DNA from: Takakia lepidozioides
Taxonomy: Eukaryota; Plantae; Bryophyta
DNA length: 64,000 nt
Assembly: GCA_030704615.1 (NCBI GenBank)
Contig: CM060732.1
Span: 70,556,001 to 70,620,000 of the forward strand
Direction of reading: 5' to 3'
Part shown: one piece after another, positions 1 to 11,706 of the stretch
How positions within the stretch are numbered: the first letter of the stretch is position 1
How the letters are laid out: each line of letters begins with the position of its first letter
Notes under the pieces: model-generated
The model's input: the letters and a program-made list of their open reading frames with translations, nothing else
Database searches by the model: none
Told to the model about the DNA's origin: nothing
Program-made: the position numbers and the translations under genes

Positions 1-174
1 TACTTGTGGGAATTGTTTCTCCTCTTCACTTCATGGCTTACTACTGTGGCTTGTGAGGTTGAGCACATTGTACTGTATGCGGGGAGAAGAGTATACCACA
101 CCTGTAAGTAGCAAGATTTGACCCCAGAATCATCTGGGTGGCACTCAGTGCACTTAACCAACTGAGCTACTGAC
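1..174 (-). mobile_element. Possible tRNA-derived SINE (degenerate head, body runs off the window)
   Basis: The minus strand from 174 reads GTCAGTAGCTCAGTTGGTTAAGTGC...GGGGTCAAATCTT. This gives an A-box-like TAGCTCAGTTGG and a degenerate B-box at tRNA-like spacing, but no complete cloverleaf. Confidence 0.45.
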
Positions 175-205
175 TGTCGGTGCAATTTTACATTTATTAC
201 CATGT

Positions 206-530
206 GCAAATTAAGGGCCAGTTACACAACAACCAATACCAGCCAGGTTGATTGTGTAATACCCAGGGTTAATATCCGGCCAAGGCCCTATACACCAGTC
301 CAACACTGGTTCATACAGCTAAGTTTCTCAGCAGAGAAGCCATCTGTACTTTATGACTTGGGTAGGTAGACAGAATGGGGATGACACAGTGGTAAGATTG
401 GTGATTCTTCATGATGGATATCTTGTGATATCTCTGTTGAGGCACTTCAGGAAGAGCTTCTCAATTCAAGCACCCTCACCGGAGCTTTGGGGTTACAATT
501 CTTTCAAACTTAACTAGAACAGGCCTTGTC
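206..530. repeat. KASII 3' flank segment duplicated in inverted orientation at 11397-11706
   Basis: By eye, 206-530 is the reverse complement of 11397-11706 at high identity, with one indel of about 14 nt. It includes a hAT-MITE-type end (CAGTGTTGGACTGGT on minus, about 295-309) plus its flank. Confidence 0.9.
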
Positions 531-747
531 GATCACTGTAAATCTCTCATTCCAGCAAGTATTCGCAAAGAGATCCTGCTTGCAATGCGAATGCACCTTG
601 TCCTTGCAAAGCCAATTACTCCGTGTATGAGAGGTGCAGGTCTTGGCAAGGACTAGTGCCGGCCTTGCAATCTTAGTCCAGCTATGTGATGAAAGGCAGA
701 GGCTGATGGAATATGCTAGAAAGCGAAGGCAGGTCTGTGCCTTTAGT

Positions 748-3700
748 TCAATTCTCATTGAACTCTGAATAAGGTGCAAACAGAAGTGACGAATTGTGAC
801 CGCCAAAGCCAAATGAGTTTGACAAGGCCACCTTGACGTCGAGTCTCTGCTTCTTGCCTCCCACAATCACATTCATGTCCTGCTTCCCAAAACAAATTTG
901 ATTAAAGATGCTTCTACTCCAACTTTTCTCAGCATACGGTGCGAATGACACCCAGGAAAAAGATAACATCAGAATCAACAACTAGCATGCAAATACTGGT
1001 GCTTGTCATACTCAGTAAAGCAGATCATAAAATCAGTGAAGGGGGGAGAAGTGGAGGAAACACACTAAGATGGGTTGAGGATGTATATAACAGAAAACAG
1101 CTCTCTTACCACTTCAGTGTCAGGACTTTCAATGTTGATAGTTGGATGTAGCCAACCTGTCCTAATGGCCTGAAGACAGTCAACAAGGTGAAAATCTCAA
1201 ATCAGTTTTGGGGTGCATCATACAGGAGGCAATCCATTAGCCATTCTGGCACTGTATGCTGCAAGAGATGAGCCACCAAATCAGAGTGCAAACATCCGCT
1301 AGGAAATCACTTATGCAAAGCCAAATGTATAGTGATCTTGGTTCCTTGGGTCTTTTGAGAACAGGGGTTCTGCACAGAGTTTTGAAGATTTAAAAGATAT
1401 CTCACAAACATACAGCAAAGGGCCTATAATACATAACACATCAGACTTGACTGTTCTTGCTTGTCAAGCTTACCTCCAAGTTCTTTTGAGACACTAGGAG
1501 CTTCTTTCAAAAAGAAAATTAACACACATGGAATTATTTCAAAAGGATAACCTAGAATTGAACACACAACCACGGCAATGCCACAGGAGCATTGCACATG
1601 ACACTCATCATTCTACACAGAAACATTGTGTACATACCTGAACAGTTGCGATAGCTTCTACAGCCCCAGCAGCTCCCAGCAAGTGACCAATCATAGACTT
1701 TGTGGAGTTAACTCTTAACTGCATCACACATTGACCATCTTCAGACATTGCCTTTGGGATTTATCACAGGTTTTTCTATTTCCTGCAACCCCTTTGCCTG
1801 TGTGAATGGAAAGATTTTCTACTAGGTCAAACTGTTCCCTACCTCAGGATTCTGACCGAAAGCGCGCATAAGAGCCTTATATTCCTGTATATCACCAGCT
1901 CGGTTTGAGGTTGCATGGGCGTTCACATAGTTGACATCTTGCCTCCTTACTCCTGCCTGAGTCAACGCCTTCTCTATGCATAGAAGTACACCGGCCCCTG
2001 CGTGCAAGAAACATGCACATATGTGGAAGATGGGTTTCTTTGAGGGAAACTGAATACACAACCTGGAAACCTTACCTCTGACTTTCTGCCCATCTCTACC
2101 CTGCTACACCATACCCTAAAAAGTGCTCTGGCAGAAGTTGTGCAAATTCTGCGAGGGCAATGTGTACAACCAGAAAACTGAGTTCCGCAGATCAAATCAT
2201 TGGACTGAAAACAAGATTGGTCCGCTAGATAGAGCTTGCTACTAACTCAACTGAAAGAGAAGCTGAACAGAAGTACTAGTGTATTCACCCTCAACATTGT
2301 GTGAGACGGCAAACCCTGGGAGCCCAACATACCGTCTGGGTGAGGTTCTGTCATGTGGTAAGCATCACAATTGAAACTTCCTCCAAGAAACTCAGCATAA
2401 ATTTCTGCTCCTCTATTCTGCAGACATGCCAAACAGCACTGCAAATGCATCAACAAGCGGTATGATTGAGAATGTGCAGCACAGTCTACTGCCCAGGCAG
2501 TGAAAACATACTAAACTGAAGAAATTGGTCTGACAGCCATGGAGAGCAGTCAATCGCAAACCTACATCCCAGAAAGGATGTGGAGGACTGTGCATTAATA
2601 TGGGCATGGCAAATTCTTCAATGAGCGGCGAAATGTTTACTTCTCAAGTGCATTCCTTAGAAATGGTTGCCATAAAGAGAATGTACTCATAAGACATTGT
2701 TTGCCGTAGCCTTGTGGCCATTGACCCCGCGCCCAGTTTGAGCGGAACACAAAAGGGACAGAAACTACCTTTGTCAGGGGCTGACGCCAGTAGTACGACT
2801 TACCTTGGAACAGACAATTGATCCGAGTTTTCCAGATATCCCTGTACACAAGCATCAATCTTCTATGTGTGATTTGCCCAATAACTAGGCCCCAAAAGGG
2901 CCTGGGCTTTTGGCTCAGCCTCGAGATTTTCAAAGTTGATAAACAGAGGTACAGGCACAAATCCCTTGATGGATTTGAAAAGGGCGTCTCTCTGGTGAGA
3001 GTACCCAAGACAACGAGAGAAGGATCATGCCAATTCAAATGTACCTTGGCATGCTGTAGTTCCTCCAGCAGAAGAACTCCTGCTCCCTCTCCCATAACAA
3101 ACCCGTCCCGGTCCTTCATTACCAACACTACCACAGGTGAGGGAACAAATTTACATTGGGCATCTTTCTTCCTGGACTGCACAGCCGGCACTCGTATAGC
3201 TAGGCTGCTCCAAAAGTAGAAGTAAGCTTTCTGGGATGTAGACAGGTGTGCCTCTGCTGCATGTAGTCATAAACATGAAATCACAATTTTAGCATAAACA
3301 CTCGAAATTGGAGGTGGAAGAGTGGGTCACTGCAACAACAAAAAAAATATGTAACCTTTAGTTTTAGCAGAGGGAAATTGCAAAAGAACTGCATACCGAA
3401 TCCCACGGACGTGATGCCTTTGCAGGGTCATCGTTACGCTCTGACAGTGCTTTGCATGCCACGAATCCTCCCAAACCTACAGAGATAGAGATCCAAGAAA
3501 TTATTCCAAGCCTCTTGCATCAGTAGATGATTTAGGGATTCAGAAAGGAAGCATGGTATGAAGCTCTCACCAATTGGAATAACCGCTGCATCAGATCCAC
3601 CAGACAACATAACATCCTGCATAAGATAGGAGCAACCGTAGAAAGGAATTACTCCTCACGAAACACATGATAAGGTCAACCGACATGGGCCCACCAAGTC

Positions 3701-6654
3701 CACAAGGGCACTTCAGCTAAGTTTGATGCTGGAAGTTTCAGGGAAACCTTCAATTCAAGTAGAGTAAATTCATGACTGTGGGAGACTCAAGGATACAGCA
3801 CCCACATATACTAAAGATAAACCCATATACTGCTTACAAACAAAGGAAAACTTACAGCTTCACCCCTGAGAATGTGATTTGCTGCACTGAGAATACAAAA
3901 ATTACTTGTGGCACAAGCTGTGGAAATGGAGTAGTTTGGTCCCATCCATCCCTGCAGCAAACAAACAAACACTGTGAGGAGGCGGAGTCCAACAAACACA
4001 GACAGACATTCTCGTCGGCGCATTAATAGCCAAACTGTGTACAGGGATCTTTCCTTTAGACTAAAGCTTGGAATGCACACAAAGCCCTCACAGATGCTTG
4101 AGCCAATAAACAATCCACTGCAAAAAAGCTTCAAGCTTACACTCACCAGGTCCATGGCCAGCATGGCAGAGCCCATGTTTGTTGTTGCAAATGGTACACA
4201 AAATGGATTCATTTTGCGATATGAGACCCTTAGTGCCTCAATAGCATCATTAAACACCTGCTCAACCAACAGTCCCATAATTGCTGACTGCTATGTTCCC
4301 ATGTGATTAAAAAATTATAGCCTGTTCTCTTCCAATCAAGTGGTCCAACTTCTCATCGAAAGCATCTTGCAGCTCAACACACAAATACTCCACGCACAAA
4401 ATACCTGCATGCCTCCCATTGCTGATCCAATAAGAATACCACATTTAGATTTATCTAAGCCCTTCATGACTTCATCTGTGATTCTGGCGTCTTCTAGAGC
4501 CTTCTTCCCTGCGGTGAGAAGGTAGAGCATGAACTTGTCCATACGCCTTGCGAACTTTGCGGCCACCCGTCCATCTGTTGAGAATGACTTTATTTCACCA
4601 GCAATTCTCTGTAGGTCAAGTACATAAAAAGGTGCAAGATGAACTCCCATGGACTTTGGTGATTCTTTATCTTTCGGTCCACATTTAAAAAGAAGAATCC
4701 AACAGCTCAAACATTTCCAAAGCTGTTCTTTGTTGCCAACTTAGTGTCCTGCCTTATCGTGAAGATCTCCTCCCTGCCCATGCAGACAGTTGCTAAGAGC
4801 CTGAGTTTGCTTCTATTGAGGTTGATAAAACTTAAACATCCATCTCAAGTAATCTGTCCTAAGCATCTTGCTTCATCGGATGAACAGTGGAGTGGCCGCT
4901 TGCGACTTACTACAATGAGCTGCATCTGAGATATCCATACTTCTACATGATAGTTACCTATCAGCCAACCTCACTGGCCACTATCGGATAAATCACATGA
5001 AGTGAAAAGATAAAAAACATCTGACTGGGATCTCACCGTTGGAAAATCTTTGCAGTCAAACCCCTCGATCTCAGTAATGCCACTCTTTCCTTCCAGAAGG
5101 TTATCATAGAAGGTATCTGCATCTTGACCAAGACTAGAAATGACACCCATACCAGTAACAACCACCCTTCTTTGCTTGGAGACAGTTGTTTTCCTCTCGG
5201 GTGTTGCTCTGACAGGTTGCATGGTGATTGCTGTAGCCTTCCCTGCAAAAAGAAAAAGCACACACGCCTATCTGTCAGTCATCTAATCCTCTCTAAACAT
5301 CAGATCTATGCAATCAACACCAGATAATCAGCCATAACTACCATAACTCAAAGGAGACCATCAAAGTGCACTTACTACCTGATGTAAGTCATAAAGCCAA
5401 GGGAGACGTAATGAATTCAATATAGTATAAACTACAAGGAGCAATCCTGATTCACCTGATGACAATGATCCTGGTAATCCAATCCTAACCTGATAGCTGG
5501 TTTACAAAGATAACCTACTTTGCAATGTATACAATGCTACAAAAGTAGTAGGGCCCTTCACAAATTCCTATTTGAAAGCAATATTTATGTTTTTTTGACT
5601 ACCACACATCTTGAATGCTTAGTCATGAGCATGTGGAGTGGCCTGTATCTGCTGCAGCTGGTTACCCCAACTGTCTGAAGAATGGCCAACACGCACAGAT
5701 CCCAGGTTTGAGTTCTAGCACTCATACTAAAAGAAAACCTTTGGAAGTATCCCTTCAGGATAAATTCAAGTGGTGCAAATGCTCACGGAAGAAGGCAAGA
5801 ATGAGTAATATCAAGGTATATCAAACTATGAGTCACCCATAGATACTATGCACTTTAGTGGCCATAGCCTTCTTGCCAGCACAGCAGTGGTACAGGGACA
5901 GGTGCTTCATCATGACGATGGGAAACAATTATAAGGACTTCAACTTTCGCTCCCAAGAGCATTAACCTTGACAGTATAGAGTATGTTGGTGGTAGTTCAG
6001 CTCTACTGCGTCACCCCTCATTCGAACTAGTAGCATGTAGATTAGACATGCATGCATGCAGATTAGACATGCACTCTACAGAATTGACCAGCTCCCCAAA
6101 GGCAGTTCAGACTGATGCCCTGTCTACATATGACTAAGTAAATGCTTGTGCCAAGTGGCGTAGGTCATGCAAATCGAGCATAGGTGAGTAGACCATAGAT
6201 ATTTCATATATTTTGAGCAGAAGCAAGCCACGACCACTAGAACAAAAATATCTGCAAGTATTTACATACCTGCTGACGATTTTCTGTGCCTCTGAGCTCT
6301 GGTGGGCCTTGTTCCCAGACTCCCCAAAGCATCTCCAAATAGACCATCTCCAAAAAGGGGTGAATGCTTTGAGCTGGTATATTCCGGGCATCCTTCTAAT
6401 GAACAAAATGATCCTAGTCCAGAAAGGCCAGATTCACAAATCGCCACTAAACTTTGCCCTGGTTGACCTCCAACATTTGACAACCAGCTTTCCCCTGCCA
6501 GCTGCTTCGAACGAGAGGTTCTCCTCCTTAATCTCCTCCCTAATGGACCTGAGCTTACAGGAAAATCCTCGGTGGAGAACCCTGCTACAGTCCTAGATAC
6601 GCAAGCAGCAATTAACCAGGTACATAACGGCGATGCTGGCCCCGCAAATGCCAT
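748..6654 (-). CDS. KAS2: 3-oxoacyl-[acyl-carrier-protein] synthase II, chloroplastic (KASII/FAB1 type), 13 coding exons, 569 aa
   Basis: GT-AG exons on minus: 6654-6270, 5242-5037, 4608-4405, 4257-4147, 3951-3856, 3616-3571, 3476-3397, 3113-3045, 2417-2333, 1997-1843, 1718-1638, 1169-1110, 879-748. They sum to 1710 nt, in frame. KASII-type N-terminus ASPLCTWLIAAC, RRVVVTGMG, catalytic Cys (STACATS), His (NAHATS), His (IGHLLG), GFVMGEGAG and SNSFGFGGHN are all present. Confidence 0.95.
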
Positions 6655-7202
6655 CACTTCAACACGCTTCCGCAACGCTATTCAAATCCCAGTGCAGGTA
6701 TCTGCATGCGTGCCATCAAACTGTCAGAAGCTCAAAGCCACTTTGGAACCAGGGAACTCAGGTACACAATAGGTACACTAAGGTACACAATATCGCGATG
6801 ACCAGTCTCCCACAAACAATCAGGACCATGTAAGCTATCCTCAGAACTTTGTCATGCCTGAACAGATCTGCAGCTACCTCACATGCACGTTGCATCGCAC
6901 TTTGACTCCAAGCAAACACTCCCATTTAGATTTGCAAACCGCTGGTTAATGATCCAAAATACAATGCAACCTGATCGTGAGCTGCTGAAGTTCCACTTTG
7001 AGAGGCAGAATACAGTTCCAAGAATAAATTACCATCTGCCACCACAAATGCGGCAGGTACCAAGAAAAGGGATGATACAATACGGTATAGCGCGTGATTT
7101 CGCTTTAGTCCGCTGTACATTTACCGTTCCGGCCAACTATATCCGCAAATCATGACCGAAGATGTAGGAGACGGATAGCAGAAAGAAGCAGACGGACATA
7201 AC

Positions 7203-7450
7203 CTCGAGAAAGTGTCAAGACAACCTATAACAGGGAAATGTTCATGCCAAGTGCAGATCACCCTAAAATCCGACTCTCTAAAATCCCTGGAATCCAAAAA
7301 AGCTTGAAAGCAAGCAGCATGGAGGCCTTCATCACCCTGCTATCGTCTCTTGCAAGGCCGCGTCGCCACACCACAGCCCTCGAGTTTCGCACGACACCAG
7401 ACAGCGCAGGCTCATGCTGCTCCTTCACGTAGCCACCCCCACTAGCCGGT
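7203..7450 (-). other. Putative non-coding first exon (5' UTR) of KASII
   Basis: Candidate donor GAG|GTTATG at 7202 and candidate acceptor GCAG at about 6702, upstream of the ATG. The block is GC-rich. The transcription start is not determinable. Confidence 0.3.
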
Positions 7451-7877
7451 TTCGGTCACTTTGAACGCCAGAGCATCTCACTCTGACTGGAGCGGACGGT
7501 CATATTCACCTAAGGTGCCCTTTTTGTTTTTCTTCTCGTTTTTCTTTTCTTCCGTTTCCCCATGCCTACGTGGATTTGAACGTCAGACCTCCGCAGTATT
7601 TGTTGGAAGTTTGCTTAAATTGAATCTAGGTACCTATGATGAGTTATCTCGATTTTTCACTACAGGGGTCTGTTGTTTTAGGAAAGTCAACGACACCCTG
7701 TGGGTTAAACATTGTCCCCTTTCGATGCATTCTTTAAAGAGTCCTTTACCGTCATCCAGATAATACCTACAGGGAATCTGATAAAAAAAGGAAAAATAAA
7801 GTAAAATCGGATAATCTCATAAATGAATATATATATATATATCAATATATGAAGCGAGACGTTTTGTTTCGTTTTGT

Positions 7878-10245
7878 TTGTTGGCTGTCCCCCCTTCAGG
7901 GAGGAGACTTTTGTTGAGAAAAGCAATCATCCCCAAGGGTCCAACTGGATCGGGCTTCTTCCCGGTGAGAATAATGGAGGCATGGGGCTCCTTTCCCTTC
8001 ACTAAAGCGGACCTGCAGCAGCTGGATGGTACCAGCTTGGCAGTCTCATTCTTGGAGTTGCACTCTTTCAAAAGCAGACCACTCACAGGCTGGGCACTTG
8101 GATCCATTTACGCGAGGGAAAAGGCAGCAATCTGCATCACCCTTTTGCTATATGCCTTCATCGATGACTACACGAATTTCTTTTTGCTTAGTATCAAGCA
8201 AGGATTTCAATCAGTCTGGGTGACTGAAGCCATGGCGCTCCAGTATGGGGTGGGGAAAGAAAGAGACATCATGCTCGCACTTTCAAAAGGTATTATCCAT
8301 GAATTCTTTCCTAACCTGAACCTCTCTTTGTCGCACATACAACATGTTGGAATCATGGTGGAAAACAATGAATCTCATGCAGATTTGGCAATAATTCATG
8401 TGCTACCGATTATTTGCGGGTCGGATCTGGACACATCAGGTGCTCATGACTCATGGCTTTGGGTACGTATGTACTTTCTGTCTTGCAAGGTTAAGGACCC
8501 CATGGAATGGGCTCATAGCAGAAATTTTTTCAAGGAGGGGATTGGGCTGGTGGACGAGCACTACAAGATGCACAGATGAAGGATATCACAGTACCTCAGC
8601 AAGAACCAAATTTAAATAGAGAATTGGTGCTAGTGGGCAACACCAACTTCTTTTCCAACGCAACTGCAGATCACTCCATCACATTCCTGCTTCCGGAGGA
8701 GACGGTCGACTCCCCACCCCCGGTAAGCATGGACTCGCATGCCTCCTCATCTCCCCTCATTTTTTACATACCTCATGCTGCAAATGGGAAAAAGGTATGG
8801 ACCCTAATGTTAGACAGCCATCCCTCCTCCCAGCAAGTTCTCCCAGGCTGGCGGGATACTTCTGTCCTTCCTTCTTTCCCTTTTGCCCTCCTCTTTCTGT
8901 CACAAACTTTATCCTGCAACATCTCTACTGATCTTCTCTCAGTTCGCAGGGACAGTGGAAGCCAATTCATGCCTTTAAATTGCAAAAACAAAAGGAAACA
9001 TGCCAAAACAGTGTTTACCTGGCAGCTTCCAGCTATACCTTTCTCGCTCAAAGGTTTCAAATGGGTTTCCACTTTGCCCATGTCGGATAAGCGCACTAAG
9101 TTCTTCTTTGACCCCATCTGGCCATCAAATCGTGTAGAACACACGGGCCTTTCTGTCTCCCCCAAATGAATCTATCCCTATGCTCTTGGAATGTGCGGGG
9201 CCTGGGCTCCCACCACTCTACCCCCAAAAGGGCCAGAGTTAGAAGCTGGCCTCCACATTTGTTAGGGGTTCTAATCTGCTATTTCTACAAGAATACAAGT
9301 TAGATCAACACAAAATTGCCTCCTTAGGTGCTTCCCTATGGCCCTCCTACACTGCATTTTGGAACCCCACGGTGATAGATTCAAGAGGTGGCACAACTAT
9401 TCTTGTATCTCCTTCTCTCCTTCATTCCATTACTTCCAACGCCGTCTGGATCCAGGGTAGAGTCCAGTTTCTAGCTATGAATCTGGGTCAATCCCTTGGT
9501 GAAGTAGGGCTTCTAAATACCTATGCCCCCAATGGGGAGGAGGAAAGAGTTCTTTTTTGGAATCAGATCAGGGACAATATGCTGCAGCACCCACACATCC
9601 AACACTGGCTCATGGGAGGAGACTTCAACATGGTGGAAGAGGAGACAGATCGACTGGGAAGGTCAGCTCATGGGCTCTCCACAATGGAAAAGAACTCCTG
9701 GGATGCGATGTGTTTCACTGTGGGTCTCCTTGATGCAACTGCTCCACGGCAGGGTGACCTAGAATTCTCTTGGAGCAACAACAGGGACCCGCCTAATCTG
9801 TGCCAGGCGCGCTTGGATAGATTTTATTGCTCACCTACTTTGCTGGCTTGGACCAAGAGCATCCCACTACAACCAATTTTACCGGAGTTTGATCATGTAG
9901 CTGTTCACATCCTCCTTAGTGCTCCAGGGTATAGGTTGAAGGGCAGAGGTTTCTTCAAAATGAATCTGCCTATTCTCCAAGTCCCAGAGGTGGTTACTGC
10001 CCTACAGAAGGCATGGACCTCGGCAATTATCCCTTACACCTCCCCCACAGTGCGGTTCCTGGAAAAGCTGGACATGCTGAGAAACATGTGTAAACACATC
10101 TCGAAGGAAAAAGCAGTGGAAATGGCAGAAGACTGAAAGCTCTGACAAAGTGCTTGGAGGTATGTCAGTTCCAATTTTTGTCCAGACATGAGGGCCCTCA
10201 GACTATGGTTCTTACAAAACTGCTAAGATGAACCTCTCTATATTG
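7878..10245 (+). mobile_element. L1-like LINE, 5' half: frameshifted ORF1 region plus APE endonuclease of ORF2, truncated
   Basis: ORF2 begins at 9166 (MNLSLCSWNVRGLG) and overlaps the upstream ORF stop (ATGA). APE motifs LLFLQE, NTYAPN, MGGDFN, ARLDRFY and FDH are present, followed by the FFKMN linker. No RT follows. Confidence 0.85.
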
Positions 10246-10310
10246 CTTACTACCAATACACCACCTTCAAATGAGAGAGTGGCAGTAAACATAACATAAA
10301 GTGTATACTT

Positions 10311-11368
10311 TTCCAGACCACGATGAAACACAATGCTGAATCTGTGATGTTGCAAGATAAGAAGGAGTGCAACTCTTTGCGCCATCTCTGGCTACGACTG
10401 ACAACTTCGCAACTTCTTACAAATAAGATTGCGGAATATTTCAAGTTGGCAGAGATCGCCCTGGTTCAAGTCCTTGGCTATGTAGAAGATGAAAGATGTT
10501 TCAGTACAGTAAGCTTCATGAAGAACAAGCTCCGCAATCGACTCATGAATCATTTGGATTTGACTGTGAGAATGTACAGTCAATCGTTTTATATTACACT
10601 ATAGGATTTTCCATACGATCAGGCCATCGCTAGCTGGAAAGAGAAGAAATTTGCTATGGCATGGATTTGTAGGCACTGAGTAGGTTTTCTAGATAAGTTA
10701 TGTGGCTTTTTGCATTAGGGTATGGCCTTGCTGCCTGCATCTACAGTAATCGAACTCGACACTTAATCAGATCATTCTACAGTTTTCCATATGCTTCTGC
10801 CTGCAATGATGCAACCCTAGGATGTACTGTGTTTAACTGTTGATTTGAACTTGTGCAATCGCACATAGAACTAGGCATATAAATATCTTTACATAGTGTC
10901 TGCAGTTGAAAATGGACATTTGAGCAATCATTTCACTTCTAGTGCTACTTGTTCCAAGCTATTAGCAATATGTAGCGTTACGGCACTAGTGTATTGTATG
11001 CCATAGGTGGTAACTTCTGTGAGGCCTGGGCTGTAGGAATGTACTCATTAGGAGCTTCCATAATTGTGTTGTTGATTGTTGGTTCTTTCTCTATTATTAA
11101 GCCATTCTAGACCAATGCTCGCCTGTTCAGATGGACAGATTGAAGAAGTGCCACCTATTTTCTCAATTATAGAGGCCTCACGGTCAAATGTATCTGAATG
11201 TGTATGTCCATGTGGAGATTTCGTGTGATCCTGTTCTCTTGACCTCTCCTTGCAGGTTGTAATTTGTGGATAAAATTGGTGCCATGGTTGTGTTGTCCCC
11301 TGTTCACTCCACTTGGTCTGTTTATTGGCAGGGTTGTAAAGTCATGTGATAAAAAAAGAGGTTGGAAA
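10311..11368 (+). mobile_element. hAT-like transposase C-terminus (dimerization region) and 3' region, copy 1
   Basis: KLAEIALVQVLGYVEDERCFSTVSFMKNKLRNRL resembles the hAT C-terminal SxxERxFS...RxRL motif. Near-identical direct copy at about 23048-24031. Premature stop present. Confidence 0.75.
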
Positions 11369-11396
11369 GTGCGACCTCGAGTGCGACCAAGTGCAT

Positions 11397-11706
11397 GACA
11401 AGGCCTCTTCCAGTTAAGTTTGAAAGAAGTGTAAGCCCAAAGCTCCGGTGAGGGTGCTTGAATTGAGAAGCTCTTCCTGAACTGCCTCAAAAGAGATATC
11501 ACAAGATATCCATCATGAAGAATCACCAATCTTACCACCTTGTCTACCTACCCAGTCATAAAGTACAGATGGCTTCTCTGCTGAGAAACATAGCTGTATG
11601 AACCAGTGTTGGACTGGTGTATAGAGGCTTGGGCCGGATATTAACCCTGGGTATTACATAATCAACCTGGCTGGTATTGGTTGTTGTGTAACTGGCCCTT
11701 AATTTG
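11397..11706. repeat. Inverted copy of KASII 3' flank (206-530)
   Basis: Reverse-complement match to 206-530. Confidence 0.9.

Noticed and set aside
100-174. Functional tRNA gene
   Set aside because: The acceptor and T arms do not pair properly. It is better explained as a SINE head.
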